Assembly: GCA_963814375.1 (NCBI GenBank)
Contig: CAWFCQ010000006.1
Coordinates: forward strand, 64,001 to 128,000
From: an uncultured Chloroflexia bacterium
GTDB taxonomy: Bacteria; Chloroflexota; Limnocylindria; QHBO01
Reading direction: 5' to 3'
DNA length: 64,000 nucleotides
The translations under genes were made by a program, and so were the position numbers. The notes below the pieces were generated by a model. The model had not been told where the DNA came from and did no database searches. It saw only the letters and a program-made list of their open reading frames with translations. Of this stretch, positions 9,263-19,995 are shown piece by piece (the stretch's first letter is position 1; every line of letters begins with the position of its first letter).

Positions 9263-10543
9263 GGGTGGGGATCATCGGCTCGGGAGTCGGCGGACTGACC
9301 GCCGCCTACGCGCTGCACCGCGACGGCCACGACATCCGGCTGTTCGAGGGCGAGCCCGCGCCGGGCGGCCACGTCAAGACGGTCGAGGTGGACACGCCCG
9401 CGGGGCGCCTGGGGATCGACACCGGCTTCATCGTATACAACGAACGGACGTATCCCCGCTTCGTCGCCCTCCTCGCCGAGCTGGGGGTGGCGACGCAGCC
9501 CAGCGACATGTCGCTCGGCGCTTCGTGCAGCGCGTGCGACCTCGAGTGGAGCACTCGCGGCCTGCGCGGCTACTTCGCCCCACCCGCTTCGCTGGCGAGC
9601 CCGGGTCACTGGGGCATGCTCAATGACCTGCTGCGGTTCTATCGGGAGGCGCGTCGGCGACTCGACGCGATGCCGGCGCTGGAATCGACGACCACCCTCG
9701 GAGCATTTCTCGACGCGCATGGCTATCGGACCGCGTTCCGCAGCCACTTCATCCTGCCGCTCACGTCGGCCGTCTGGTCGACCGCCGCGAATCGGATCCT
9801 CGACTTCCCGGTCGACTACCTGCTCCGGTTCCTCGATCATCACGGCCTGATCGGCCACGGCAATGACCTCCAGTGGCGGACCGTCTCGGGCGGGTCGATG
9901 CGCTACGTCGACCGCATCCTCGCGGCCCTGCCCGTCCGCGGAGTGCGCAGCGGCGACCCGGTGGTGGACGTCGCCAGGAGATCGTCCGGATGCATGGTGC
10001 GCACCGCCTCAGGGCATGCGGAGGCGTTCGATGCGGTCGTCCTCGCGACCCACGCCGACGACGCCCTCTCCCTCCTCCACGACGGCGACGCCCGCGAGCG
10101 AGCTGCCCTGGGCGGGTTCGAGTACACGACGAATGATGTCGTCCTCCACACCGATGCGAGCCTGCTTCCGCGACGCCGAAGGGCGCGCGCATCGTGGAAC
10201 GTCGACCAGACCGACTGCCGCGTGCCGGGCGAGCGGCTCACGATGACGTATCACATGAACCGCCTACAGTCGTTACCGGGCGACACTCGAGTACTGCACC
10301 TCGGTCAACCCCGACCGGGACCGCCTGGACCCCGCCACGATCCTCGCGGAGCGCGCGATGCGCCACCCGCTCTACACCTTCCGAACGCTCCGGGCGCAGG
10401 CCGACGTCGAGGCGATCCAGGGTTGGCGGAACACCTTCTATGCCGGAGCCCACCTCGGGTACGGATTCCACGAGGACGGCTGCCGATCCGGCTTCGCCGC
10501 CGCCGAGATGATCGCGGCCGATGCAGCGGCGGCGGCCGCATGA
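9259..10543 (+). CDS. FAD-dependent oxidoreductase (UfaD-like desaturase), frameshift near 10288
   Basis: [25 protein letters not shown]; C-terminus [14 protein letters not shown] lies in the next frame (10358-10543). Confidence 0.88.
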
Positions 10544-11281
10544 GATCCCATCTCCTCGAGGGCAAGGTTCGGCACCGCCGCGCGAAGCCGTTCACCTACG
10601 CGCTCGAGCACGACGTCTTCTATCTCGGCCTCGATCTCGATGAGCTCGACGAGGTCCCGCGGCGGGTGCGGATCGTCGGCCGAAATCGCCCGAACCTGCT
10701 CACGTTCCGGGACGCGGACCATCTCGATCCGCCGGCGGAGGATCTCGCGGCATCGGTTCGCGACCATCTTCGCGACGCCGGAGAGCGGCCCGAAGGATGG
10801 CGCATCACGCTCGTCACCAATCTGCGTGTCCTCGGCTATGTCTTCAATCCCGCAAGCTTCTACCTGTGCCGCGACCTGGACGGCGTCCTGCGCGTGGTGA
10901 TCGTGGAGGTCCACAACACGCATGGCGAGCGGCACCTCTACACGCTGCGTCCGCAGCACTCAGGAGCGCACTTCACCTCGTCCATGGAGAAGAGGCTTCT
11001 ACGTCTCTCCGTTCATCGACGCAGCCGGCAGCTACACCGTGCGGGTCCGGGACGAGGCGCAGCGTCTCCGGATCACGATCAACGAGGAGAGCGAGGGATC
11101 GCTCCAGCTCCACACCAGCGTCGATTTGGCCAGACGCCGCTTGAGCTCGCGCGCCGTGGCAGGCATGTTGCTTCGGCACCCGTTCGTGACGCACAAGACG
11201 ATAGGCCTGATCCATCTCCACGCCCTGCGCCTGTGGCGCCGCGGTGCGCGATTCCAACGCCACGGGCAGGCAGCATCGTGA
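10540..11281 (+). CDS. DUF1365 family protein (UfaO-like), frameshift near 10996
   Basis: [27 protein letters not shown], then FYVSPF and [12 protein letters not shown] in next frame; ATGA overlap at start. Confidence 0.88.
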
Positions 11282-12522
11282 CCTCGGCTGCGTCCACCAA
11301 CCGGGTCGGCCGCGTTGCGGTGCCGGTCCTGGCGCATTCGGCGGAGCGCGCGCTCCTCGCAGCCGCCTCGAAGATTCGAATCGGCCGCCTCGAGGTCACG
11401 CTTCCGGACGGCTCGCGGCAGGCGTTCGGGGACGCCGAGGCGATCCAGCGGGGCGAGATCCATCTCCACGACCGCGCCGCCTATCTGCGGATGCTCATCG
11501 GCGGCGAGACCGGGGCCGGAGAGGCGTATGTCGACGGTCTCTGGTCGAGCCCGGACCTGCCCGCGCTCCTCCGCGTCGCGGCCCGCAACCGGGATGCGCT
11601 CGCGCTCTCGACGGGGCTGCTTCGAGCGCCGGACCAGCTGCGTCGAACGATCGCCCATCGGCTCCGGCGCAACACGAGATCGAACGCCCGACGCAACATC
11701 AGCGCCCATTACGACCTGGGCAACGACTTCTATCGCCTCTGGCTGGACGAGACGATGACCTACTCGAGCGCCGTCTTCGATTCACCGGACCAGTCCCTGG
11801 CCGATGCCCAGCGCAACAAGTACCGGCTGATCGCCGAGGGTGCCGGCCTGCGGCCGGGCTCGCATGTCCTGGAGATCGGGTCGGGGTGGGGCGGCTTCGC
11901 CCTCTACGCCGCCGGTGAGCTCGGTTGCCGGGTCACATCGATCACGATCTCGCGCGAGCAGGCGGACCTCGCACGTGCTCGGGTCCGCGCGGCCGGGTTG
12001 GCCGACCGGGTCGAGATCCAGCTGCGCGACTACCGCGACATCGAGGGCACCTACGACGCCGTGGTCTCGATCGAGATGCTCGAGGCAGTCGGCGCCGAGT
12101 ACTTCGCGGCATTCTTCCTCGCCTGCAGCCGCGCCCTGACCCCGGGGGGTCGCCTCAGCATCCAGACGATCACGGTCCCGGACGTCGGCTATCGCAGGCA
12201 GGTGAGCGGGGCGAACTGGATCCAGAGGTACATCTTCCCGGGCGGGGCCCTGCCTTCGCTGGCCGCCATCGAACGCTCGCTCCACGGCACCGGCTTCGTC
12301 GTCACCGGCGTGCGGGACATCGCGGCGGACTATGTGCGAACGCTCCGCGCCTGGCGATCGGCCTTCATGGCCCGGCGCGACGACGTCGTTGCGATGGGCT
12401 TCGACGACCGATTCATCAGGACCTGGGACTACTACCTCGCCCTCAGCGAGGCCGGCTTTGCGACGGGCGTGACGCAGGACCTTCAGATCGTGCTGGAGAA
12501 GCGCCTGGCCGCCAACGGCTGA
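11278..12522 (+). CDS. cfa: Cyclopropane-fatty-acyl-phospholipid synthase family methyltransferase (UfaM-like)
   Basis: [42 protein letters not shown]; GTGA overlap. Confidence 0.92.
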   Translation: MTSAASTNRVGRVAVPVLAHSAERALLAAASKIRIGRLEVTLPDGSRQAFGDAEAIQRGEIHLHDRAAYLRMLIGGETGAGEAYVDGLWSSPDLPALLRVAARNRDALALSTGLLRAPDQLRRTIAHRLRRNTRSNARRNISAHYDLGNDFYRLWLDETMTYSSAVFDSPDQSLADAQRNKYRLIAEGAGLRPGSHVLEIGSGWGGFALYAAGELGCRVTSITISREQADLARARVRAAGLADRVEIQLRDYRDIEGTYDAVVSIEMLEAVGAEYFAAFFLACSRALTPGGRLSIQTITVPDVGYRRQVSGANWIQRYIFPGGALPSLAAIERSLHGTGFVVTGVRDIAADYVRTLRAWRSAFMARRDDVVAMGFDDRFIRTWDYYLALSEAGFATGVTQDLQIVLEKRLAANG

Positions 12523-12578
12523 CGCTCGGACCGTAGGCGCAGCGGCGTCTACAGATAACCCATCGGTAGAATCGGCCG

Positions 12579-13605
12579 GTGACCAAGCGCATCGGGTTCC
12601 TGTCGTTCGGGCACTGGTCGGACTCGGCCTATTCGCAGGTCCGTTCGGCGTCGGATGCACTGACCCAGTCGATCGAGCTGGCGGTCGCGGCAGAGGAGCT
12701 CGGCGCCGACGGCGCCTACTTCCGCGTCCACCACTTTGCCCGCCAGCTTGCGTCCCCTTTCCCGCTGCTGGCGGCAGTGGGCGCGCGCACCAGCCGGATC
12801 GAGATGGGCACCGCGGTCGTCGACATGCGCTACGAGAACCCCTTCTACATGGCCGAGGACGCCGGCGCGGCCGACGTCATTGCCGGCGGGCGGCTCCAGC
12901 TCGGCATCAGCCGCGGGTCGCCCGAGCAGGTGATCGACGGCTTCCGCCACTTCGGCTACGTCCCGGGTGAGGGCGAGACCGATGCCGACATGGCCCGCCG
13001 CCACGCCGAGGTCTTCCTCGAGCTCCTCAAGGGCGAGGGTTTCGCCGAGCCGAACCCGCAGACCGATGTTCCCCAACCCGCCGGGCCTCCTCCGCCTCGA
13101 GCCCCACGCGCCCGGGCTCCGAGAGCGAATCTGGTGGGGAGCCGCCTCGATCGCCACGGCCGAATGGGCGGCCAGGCTCGGCATGAACATCCAGAGCTCG
13201 ACGCTGGTGTTCGACGAGAGTGGCGAGCCGTTGCACGTCCAGCAGCGCCGCCAGATCGATGCGTATCGCGCGGCCTGGAAGGAGGCCGGCCACGCGCGCG
13301 AGCCGCGCGTGTCGGTCAGCCGCAGCATCTTCGCCATCGTGGACGACCGTGATCGCGCCTACTTCGGCCGCGGACAGCAGGAGCACGACCAGATCGGCTA
13401 CCTCGACGAGCAGACCCGGGCGATCTTCGGCCGCTCCTACGCAGCCGAGCCCGACGTCCTCGTCCGCGAGCTTGCCAAGGACACCGCGATCGCGGCCGCC
13501 GACACGCTGCTCCTCACCGTCCCGAACCAGCTCGGCGTCGACTACAACGCCCACGCCATCGAGAGCATCCTGAAGCACGTGGCTCCCGAGCTCAGCTGGC
13601 GCTGA
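12579..13605 (+). CDS. LLM class flavin-dependent oxidoreductase, frameshift near 13059
   Basis: GFLSFGHW, AYFRVHHFARQ, DMRYENP; continues PMFPNPPG...TVPNQLG in next frame. Confidence 0.88.
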
Positions 13606-14396
13606 TGGGTCCCCGGCGACCACGCTCCGCAGCGGCCGGCGAGACGAGCTGGGAGCGGGTGGCGACCTGGTACGACGGCTGGGTCGGCGACCGCGGCTCG
13701 GCGTACCACCGGCAGCTCGCGATCCCGGCGGTGCTCGATCTGCTCCAGCCGGAGCACGACGAGGAGGTCCTCGACATCGGCGGCGGCCAAGGGGTTCTGG
13801 CGACGTACCTGGCCGATGCGGGCGCGTCGGTCACGGTCTTGGACGCATCGGCGAAGCTCATCTCCGCCGCGAAGCGGCGGCATCGGTCCGTGCGCGGCGC
13901 GCGCTTCCTCGTCGGTGATGCTCGTCGCCTTCAGGCGGTCGCTGACCTACAGGCGGGCAGCTTCGACGCGGCCGTCTTCCTCCTCTCGATCCAGGACATG
14001 GACCCGCTCGATGATGTGGTCGCCGGGGTCGACTGGGCGCTGAAGCCCGTGTCCCGGGTCGTGATGCTGATGACGCATCCGGCGTTCCGTCAGCCTCGGC
14101 ACTCGGGCTGGGGCATCGATGAGGGCCGCAAGCTCACCTTTCGGCGCATCGACGGCTATCTCGGCGAGATGGCGGTCCCGATGAAGTCGCTCGGCGGAGG
14201 GCCGCCCACGCGGTCTTTCCATCGGCCGATCAGCACCTACGTCAACGCCCTCGCCGAGGCTGGCTTCGCGACCGATGCGATGCTCGAGGTCCCCGACCTG
14301 CCGCCCGACCGCCGGCCGGGGCGTGCAGCGCGAGGCGATGCGCGCGCAAACGCCGAGATCCCGATCTTCCTCGGGCTGCGCGCCGTCCGGGCCTGA
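13605..14396 (+). CDS. Class I SAM-dependent methyltransferase
   Basis: VLDIGGGQG, THPAFRQPRHSGW, FHRP. Confidence 0.85.
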   Translation: MGPRRPRSAAAGETSWERVATWYDGWVGDRGSAYHRQLAIPAVLDLLQPEHDEEVLDIGGGQGVLATYLADAGASVTVLDASAKLISAAKRRHRSVRGARFLVGDARRLQAVADLQAGSFDAAVFLLSIQDMDPLDDVVAGVDWALKPVSRVVMLMTHPAFRQPRHSGWGIDEGRKLTFRRIDGYLGEMAVPMKSLGGGPPTRSFHRPISTYVNALAEAGFATDAMLEVPDLPPDRRPGRAARGDARANAEIPIFLGLRAVRA

Positions 14397-14471
14397 CGCC
14401 GCGGGCGCATCAGGCGGATTCGGGGCAGAATGCGCCTCCGCGTGCCCTCCTCCGTATCACAGGACAGACCG

Positions 14472-15797
14472 ATGACTGCCACCCCGACCCCTCGACGCTC
14501 GCCCGTCGCCAGCGCCCTCCTGCTGCTTGCGGTGCTGCTGCTGTTCGGCGCTGCCACTTTCGTGGCCGGGCTGGCCGTCGCTGGTAGCGATGCCGGTGTC
14601 GGTGGCGCGCCGTCGGTTTCGGCGGATCCGACGGTGGCGGTGCCGTCGCAGGCGGAGACCCCGGGCGCGACGCCGGTGCTCGAGACCATCTCATGCGCGG
14701 AGCCGTCGGAGGCCTTCGCCGTCCTGTGCGAGACCTACGCGCGCATCAAGAGCGACTTCGTCGACGAGGTGACGGACGAGGATCTCGTCGACGGGGCGGT
14801 GCGGGGGATGATCGAGTTCGGGCTCGAGGACCCGTACTCGGGCTACCTGCCTCCTGAGCAGTACGGATCCGCCCTCGACGATCTCTCGGGCGAGTTCAGC
14901 GGCATCGGCGCAGAGGTGGGGATGGAGAATCTGACCGATCCGGAGGATCTCGCCTCGTGCACGGTGGTGACGGCGAACTGCGCGATGGTCATCGTCGCGC
15001 CGCTGGACGGGTCTCCGGCCGAGGCGGCCGGGCTGCGCCCGGGCGACCAGATCCTTGCGATCGACGGCACGTCCACCACCGGTGAGTCGGTGAGCTCCCT
15101 CGTGTACGTCGTGCGAGGGGAGGCCGGCACGGACGTCACGCTGACGATCCGCCGCGGCGACGAGGAAAGCGACATCACCGTCACCCGGGCGGTCATCAAC
15201 CTGGAGGAGGTCAGCTCAGAGCTGCTCGATGACGGCGTCGGCTACCTTCGACTGAGCTCGTTCACTGATCGGGCGAGCGGCCTCTTCTCCGACGCCCTCG
15301 CGTCGCTGCTCGACCAGGGGGCGACCTCCATCGCCTTCGACCTGCGCGGCAATCCGGGCGGCTACATCGTTGCGGCGCAGGGCATCGGCTCGCAGTTCGT
15401 GCCAGAGGGCGAGCTGCTCTTCACGGTCGAGTCCGGCGACGATGTCCAGGAGTGGCGGTCTGAGAGCGGCATCCTCCAGAACGACGTGCCGGTGGCGGTC
15501 CTCGTCGACGGCGGGTCGGCATCGGCCTCCGAGATCGTGGCGGCCGCGCTCCAGGAGCACGATCGCGCGACGATCGTCGGTGAGCCGACCTTCGGCAAGA
15601 ACACGGTCCAGATCTGGAGCGAGCTGCCGAATGGCGGCGGGCTTCGCCTCACCACCGACCGATGGTTCACCCCCGAGCACAACTCGGTGGCGCCCGACGG
15701 GGTTCAGCCCGACGTCGATGTCGCCTCACCCGCCGATCCAACCGGCGACGAGGACCCCCAGCTCGACCGGGCGATCGAGATCTTGCTCGAGGGCTGA
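14472..15797 (+). CDS. ctpA: S41 family C-terminal processing peptidase with PDZ domain
   Basis: N-terminal TM, FSGIG, DLRGNPGG, SASASEI, TFGK. Confidence 0.92.
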   Translation: MTATPTPRRSPVASALLLLAVLLLFGAATFVAGLAVAGSDAGVGGAPSVSADPTVAVPSQAETPGATPVLETISCAEPSEAFAVLCETYARIKSDFVDEVTDEDLVDGAVRGMIEFGLEDPYSGYLPPEQYGSALDDLSGEFSGIGAEVGMENLTDPEDLASCTVVTANCAMVIVAPLDGSPAEAAGLRPGDQILAIDGTSTTGESVSSLVYVVRGEAGTDVTLTIRRGDEESDITVTRAVINLEEVSSELLDDGVGYLRLSSFTDRASGLFSDALASLLDQGATSIAFDLRGNPGGYIVAAQGIGSQFVPEGELLFTVESGDDVQEWRSESGILQNDVPVAVLVDGGSASASEIVAAALQEHDRATIVGEPTFGKNTVQIWSELPNGGGLRLTTDRWFTPEHNSVAPDGVQPDVDVASPADPTGDEDPQLDRAIEILLEG

Positions 15798-15811
15798 TTC
15801 ACGCGCGCCGA

Positions 15812-15927
15812 CCGATAGATCGGTCAGGATTTCACTCAAGCGCCGGTTCCCGCGTCTCCCGATCCGATATATCGGCCGATTCTTCTCAGGAACGGCCCTT
15901 GGCGTGAAGAATTGCCCGATCTATCGG
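15812..15927. repeat. 116-bp concentric imperfect palindrome (REP/REPIN/MITE-like) between convergent genes
   Basis: CCGATAGATCGG 15812-15823 is the reverse complement of CCGATCTATCGG 15916-15927; central CCGATATATCGG 15864-15875 shares the same symmetry axis. Confidence 0.75.
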
Positions 15928-15939
15928 ACCCGCGGCGGA

Positions 15940-16911
15940 TCAGCCGCTCAGGATTCGGACGTACAGCTCGGGGTCCACGTTTCCGCCGCTGATCACGACC
16001 ACCCGCGCGTCGTCGCCGGCGGTCCGCGGGACCGAGCCCGCGAGGTGGGCGCCCATGGCGGCGGCGCCGGACGGCTCGACGACGAGGCGCGCTCGGCGGG
16101 CGAGCTGGCGCATGGCCTCGGCCATCTCCTGCTCGGCGACGGTGACGATCCCGTCCATGAAGCGACGCAGATGCTCGAACGGGAGTGGGCCGAGCGAGTT
16201 CGTGCGCAGACCATCGGCCATCGTTCGGCCGGTCTGCTCCGCGGTCCAGGTCACGAGCCGGCCCGACTCGAGCGACTCCTTCGCATCGGCCGCCAGCTCC
16301 GGCTCGACGCCGATGACCCGCGCGGCCGGCACGAGCGCCTTGATCGCCGTCGCGACGCCGGCCGACAGCCCTCCGCCGGAGGTCGGGATGACGACGCTGG
16401 TGACGCCGGGAAGGTCCTCGGCGATCTCGAGTCCGCAGGTGCCCTGGCCGGCGATGATGGCCGGGTCGTCGTACGGCTCGACCATGACCAGACCGCGCTC
16501 CTCGACCAGCCGCAGTGCCAGGACGTGGCGTTCTTCCGAGTCCATGCCGGTGAACTGGATCTCGGCACCATCGGCCTGGACGCCCTCGATCTTGATGCGC
16601 GGCGCGTCCCGAGGCATGCAGATGACGGCCTGGGCGCCGAGCAGGCGGGCGGCACGCGCCACAGCCTGGGCGTGGTTGCCGGACGAGTAGGTGACGACTC
16701 CGCGGGCACGCTCGGCATCGGTCAGCGAGGCGATCTTGTTGTAGGCGCCGCGCATCTTGAAGGCGCCGACGGGCTGGAGCGACTCCGGCTTCAGCCACGT
16801 CGTGTCGTCCCAGCGCAGGAGCGGGGTGCGGGTGGCGACGCCGCGGATGCGCTCGGCAGCCTCGCGGATCTCATCGATCGAGACGATGTGCGGCTCGATG
16901 GTGGTGCTCAC
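15940..16911 (-). CDS. Threonine/serine dehydratase (PLP fold II, no ACT domain)
   Basis: KPESLQPVGAFKMRGA, SSGNHAQ, SGGGL, VEPSGA, SGGNVD. Confidence 0.92.
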   Translation of the reverse strand: MSTTIEPHIVSIDEIREAAERIRGVATRTPLLRWDDTTWLKPESLQPVGAFKMRGAYNKIASLTDAERARGVVTYSSGNHAQAVARAARLLGAQAVICMPRDAPRIKIEGVQADGAEIQFTGMDSEERHVLALRLVEERGLVMVEPYDDPAIIAGQGTCGLEIAEDLPGVTSVVIPTSGGGLSAGVATAIKALVPAARVIGVEPELAADAKESLESGRLVTWTAEQTGRTMADGLRTNSLGPLPFEHLRRFMDGIVTVAEQEMAEAMRQLARRARLVVEPSGAAAMGAHLAGSVPRTAGDDARVVVISGGNVDPELYVRILSG

Positions 16912-16969
16912 GGGCCGATGCTAGCGCCTGGCCTCACGAGACGGGGCAGGACGGAGTCAGGCGCCGGGC

Positions 16970-18096
16970 TTATCCGTCGGTGCGGGCGATCCGGTAGATG
17001 AAGCCGGACTTGTCGTCGCTCACGTAGAGCGCGCCGTCGGAGCCAACGGCCAGGCCGGCCGGGCGGCCGAGCGCCACGTCGGCATCGTCGGGCAGGAAGC
17101 CGGTCGCGAAAGGCTCCGGATCGCCGGCCGGCGCGCCGTCCCACGGCAGCCACCACACGGCATAGCCGACCTTGACCGACGAGTTCCACGAGCCGTGCAG
17201 GGCCACGACGAGGTGGTCCTCCCAGCCGACGAGTGCGAGCGGGGCGGTGTGTGGGGGAAACGTCGCGGCCGGAGCCGCGACGCCGGAGCATGCCTCGGCC
17301 CCGGTTCCGAACTCGGGGTCGGCAGCGAGCCCGCGTGGCAGCGCGGCCAGCCGGCATCGGCGCCCTCGATCAGCTCGTAGACCGTCTCGGGCGGCCGGTC
17401 GTCGCCGAGCATGTCGCGACCCATGTTCGTCGCCCACGCCCGCCCGGTGTCGTCGTCGACCCAGATGCCGACGGCGTTGCGCAGCCCGACCATGTACGGG
17501 CTGAGGCCCGAGGTCGTCAGCGCCTGGACGGTGGCGCGGCGGTCGTCCTCCTCCTCGCACACGTTGCAGGAGGAGCCGATGGACAGGAGGATCGTCCCGT
17601 CGCCCAGGACCTCGACGGTCTTCGTGCTGTGGCCGCCGACGGGGAGGTTCCCGTAGAGGACGGCGCGATCGGCCTCCACGAGTCCATCGAGCGCAACGGT
17701 GTAGAGCGCCGACTCAGCAGCGACGAGGAGATCACCTCCGAGGCCGAACTCGATGTCGTGAGCGCCGCCGTAGCCGGCTCCGACCTCGACCACCTCGTCG
17801 GCGCGACCGTCACCGTCCGCGTCCGGAAGTGCGACCACTCGGTCCGCTCCTCGCTCGGCCACGTACAGGACGCCCTCCGGCGAGACAGCCATGAACCGCG
17901 GGCCGGCCAGCCCGCTGGCGAAGACCGATGCCTCGAACCCGTCCGGGACGACAAGCGCCGCCTCACCGCCGCCGGGCAGGTCGAAGCTGACGCCAAGAAG
18001 CCGGCCGAAGATCTGGTTCCGAAAGAGCAGGGCGCCGCCACCCAGCACGAGTAGCGCGACGATGCCGAAGAGCGCGAGGTTACGAGTGCGGCGCAT
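16970..18096 (-). CDS. PQQ-dependent sugar/sorbosone dehydrogenase family protein, frameshift near 17322
   Basis: N-terminal TM, PDGFEA, GSSCNVCEE, GLRNAVG, GWPRC; then HTAPL, HGSWN, GRPAG, YVSDD in another frame. Confidence 0.88.
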
Positions 18097-18119
18097 GCAT
18101 CGAGTGGATCCCTGCGTTT

Positions 18120-18392
18120 CTACAACGGCTGCGGTTGCACGAAGAACGCGAAGACGATCACGAGCACGACAATGACCGTCAGCCAGATCCGACCGGGGAC
18201 GCGTCCGAGCAGGCCAGGGTCGACCGGCCGCTCAGCGTCGATCTGCCTCGCGGCGTGGATCTCGGGCATCTGATCCGCGCCGAAGGCCGCACCGCCGACC
18301 GCGACGTCGTCCGCCAGCCGTTGAACTTTCGAGCGTTTCCGCGTGTGGCTCTCAGGTGCGGCGGGTACCTCGAGCAAATTCGGATCAGTCAT
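18120..18392 (-). CDS. Small hypothetical protein with C-terminal TM helix
   Basis: 90-aa ORF filling the gap in a minus-strand run; hydrophobic C-terminus. Confidence 0.6.
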   Translation of the reverse strand: MTDPNLLEVPAAPESHTRKRSKVQRLADDVAVGGAAFGADQMPEIHAARQIDAERPVDPGLLGRVPGRIWLTVIVVLVIVFAFFVQPQPL

Positions 18393-18410
18393 CGGTCCGA
18401 AGGCGGCGAG

Positions 18411-18797
18411 TCAGCGTGGCGGTTTCGTCGTTGAAAAGCCGAGATATCGTCCGGCCGGATCGGTGAACGCCGACCACCAGCCCATGTCTCCGCCAATCTC
18501 GGACCGCGGCGTCAGGACGGTGCCTCCCGCGGCGGTCACCCGGTCGAGCGCGGCCTCCATGTCATCGGTGCTGAAGGTGATCCGAACGCCATTCCCCAGC
18601 TCCGCGGCAGACGCCTTGAAGATGCCGCCGAGCATGTTGCCGTCCGGGCCGAGGGCCGCGAAGTAGTCGTCGCCGAACGGGCTGAACGTCCAACCGAACA
18701 CCTCACCGTAGAAGCGCTGCGCGTCGTCCAGATCGGGGACCGGGATTTCCCACCAGTCCATCCTGGTGATGACCGCTTCGGTGATTGCGCCTGTCAT
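18411..18797 (-). CDS. VOC family protein
   Basis: WWEIPVPD, FYGEVFGW, FTDPAG; GGAGG RBS. Confidence 0.88.
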   Translation of the reverse strand: MTGAITEAVITRMDWWEIPVPDLDDAQRFYGEVFGWTFSPFGDDYFAALGPDGNMLGGIFKASAAELGNGVRITFSTDDMEAALDRVTAAGGTVLTPRSEIGGDMGWWSAFTDPAGRYLGFSTTKPPR

Positions 18798-18817
18798 GTG
18801 CCTCCCCGTATCTCGAA

Positions 18818-19984
18818 CTACAGGTTGCCGCGCCGGGCCTGCTCGATCTCGATGGCCTCGAACAGCGCCTTGAAGTTGCCGACTCCAAAACCGCGTGAGC
18901 CGTGGCGCTCGATGATCTCGAAGAAGAAGGTCGGCCGATCCTGCACCGGGCGCGTGAAGATCTGGAGCAGGTAGCCCTCCTCGTCGCGATCGGCCTCGAT
19001 GCCAAGCTCCTCCAGCGTGTCGATCGGCACGCCGACGTCGCCGACCCGGTCGGGCAGCGACTCGTAGTAGGCGTGCGGCATGCCCAGGAACTCGACGCCG
19101 CGCTCCCGGAGGAGACGCACCGTGCCGACGATGTCCTCCGTCCGCAGGGCGATGTGCTGCGTCCCGGCGTCGAGGTAGTAGTCGAGGAACTCCTGGATCT
19201 GGCTCTTCTTCTTGCCGGCCGCGGGCTCGTTGATGGGGAACTTGATCCGGCCGTTCCCGTTCTGCATCACCTTGCTCATCAGCGCCGAGTAGTCGGTGTG
19301 GATGACCTTGTCGTCGTAGTGGATGAGCTGGGCGAAACCCAGCGTCTCCTTGTAGAAGTCGACGAATCGGTTCATGTCACCGAGCCCGACGTTGCCGACG
19401 CAGTGATCGACCTCGAGCAGGCTCTGACCGGCAGCTGCCGCCGCGGGGGCGGTGATGCGGTGGTAGCCCGGCGCGAAGGTGCCGTCATAGTCCGACCGAT
19501 CGACGAAGGAGTGGATCACCTCGCCGTAGGTGTGGATCGCGCTTCGGCGCAGGGTTCCCTTCTTGCCCTCGTTCTCGGTCGGCTCGAGCGCGCTTCGCGC
19601 CCCGCGCTTCGTCGTCTCCTCCCACGCGGAGGCCACATCGTCGACCGCGAAGGCGATGTCGTGGACGCCGTCGCCGTGCTTCGCCACGTGCTCGGCGATC
19701 TCGCCATCGGGCGACAGCGGAGCCGTGAAGACGAAGCGGATGTCGTTCTGGACCATCACGAAGCTGGACCGATCCCGCACGCCCGTCTCGAGCCCCGCGT
19801 AGGCCACGGGCGTGAAACCCCACAGGGCGCGGTAGTAGTGCGCGGCCTGCCTGGCGTTGCCGACCCAGAACTCGACGTGGTCGATCCCCTTCAGCGGCAG
19901 GAAGTCCTGCGCCTCGGCGGCCGCATTCGGATTGATGATCGCGCCGGCCTGGTTGGCGGCGCCGCGCGGGAGCGTATCGGTCAT
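18818..19984 (-). CDS. hppD: 4-hydroxyphenylpyruvate dioxygenase
   Basis: DHVEFWVGNA, HGDGV, DHCVGN, SQIQEF, QHIAL, LLQIFT, FGVGNFKALFEAIE. Confidence 0.96.
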   Translation of the reverse strand: MTDTLPRGAANQAGAIINPNAAAEAQDFLPLKGIDHVEFWVGNARQAAHYYRALWGFTPVAYAGLETGVRDRSSFVMVQNDIRFVFTAPLSPDGEIAEHVAKHGDGVHDIAFAVDDVASAWEETTKRGARSALEPTENEGKKGTLRRSAIHTYGEVIHSFVDRSDYDGTFAPGYHRITAPAAAAAGQSLLEVDHCVGNVGLGDMNRFVDFYKETLGFAQLIHYDDKVIHTDYSALMSKVMQNGNGRIKFPINEPAAGKKKSQIQEFLDYYLDAGTQHIALRTEDIVGTVRLLRERGVEFLGMPHAYYESLPDRVGDVGVPIDTLEELGIEADRDEEGYLLQIFTRPVQDRPTFFFEIIERHGSRGFGVGNFKALFEAIEIEQARRGNL

Positions 19985-19995
19985 GGCTCGCGAGT

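Noticed and set aside
9259-12522. 1087-aa FAD oxidoreductase-DUF1365-cfa triple fusion in the ORF track
   Set aside because: The conserved C-termini of the first two proteins lie in another frame with their own stops and ATGA/GTGA overlaps; two +1 indels create the apparent fusion
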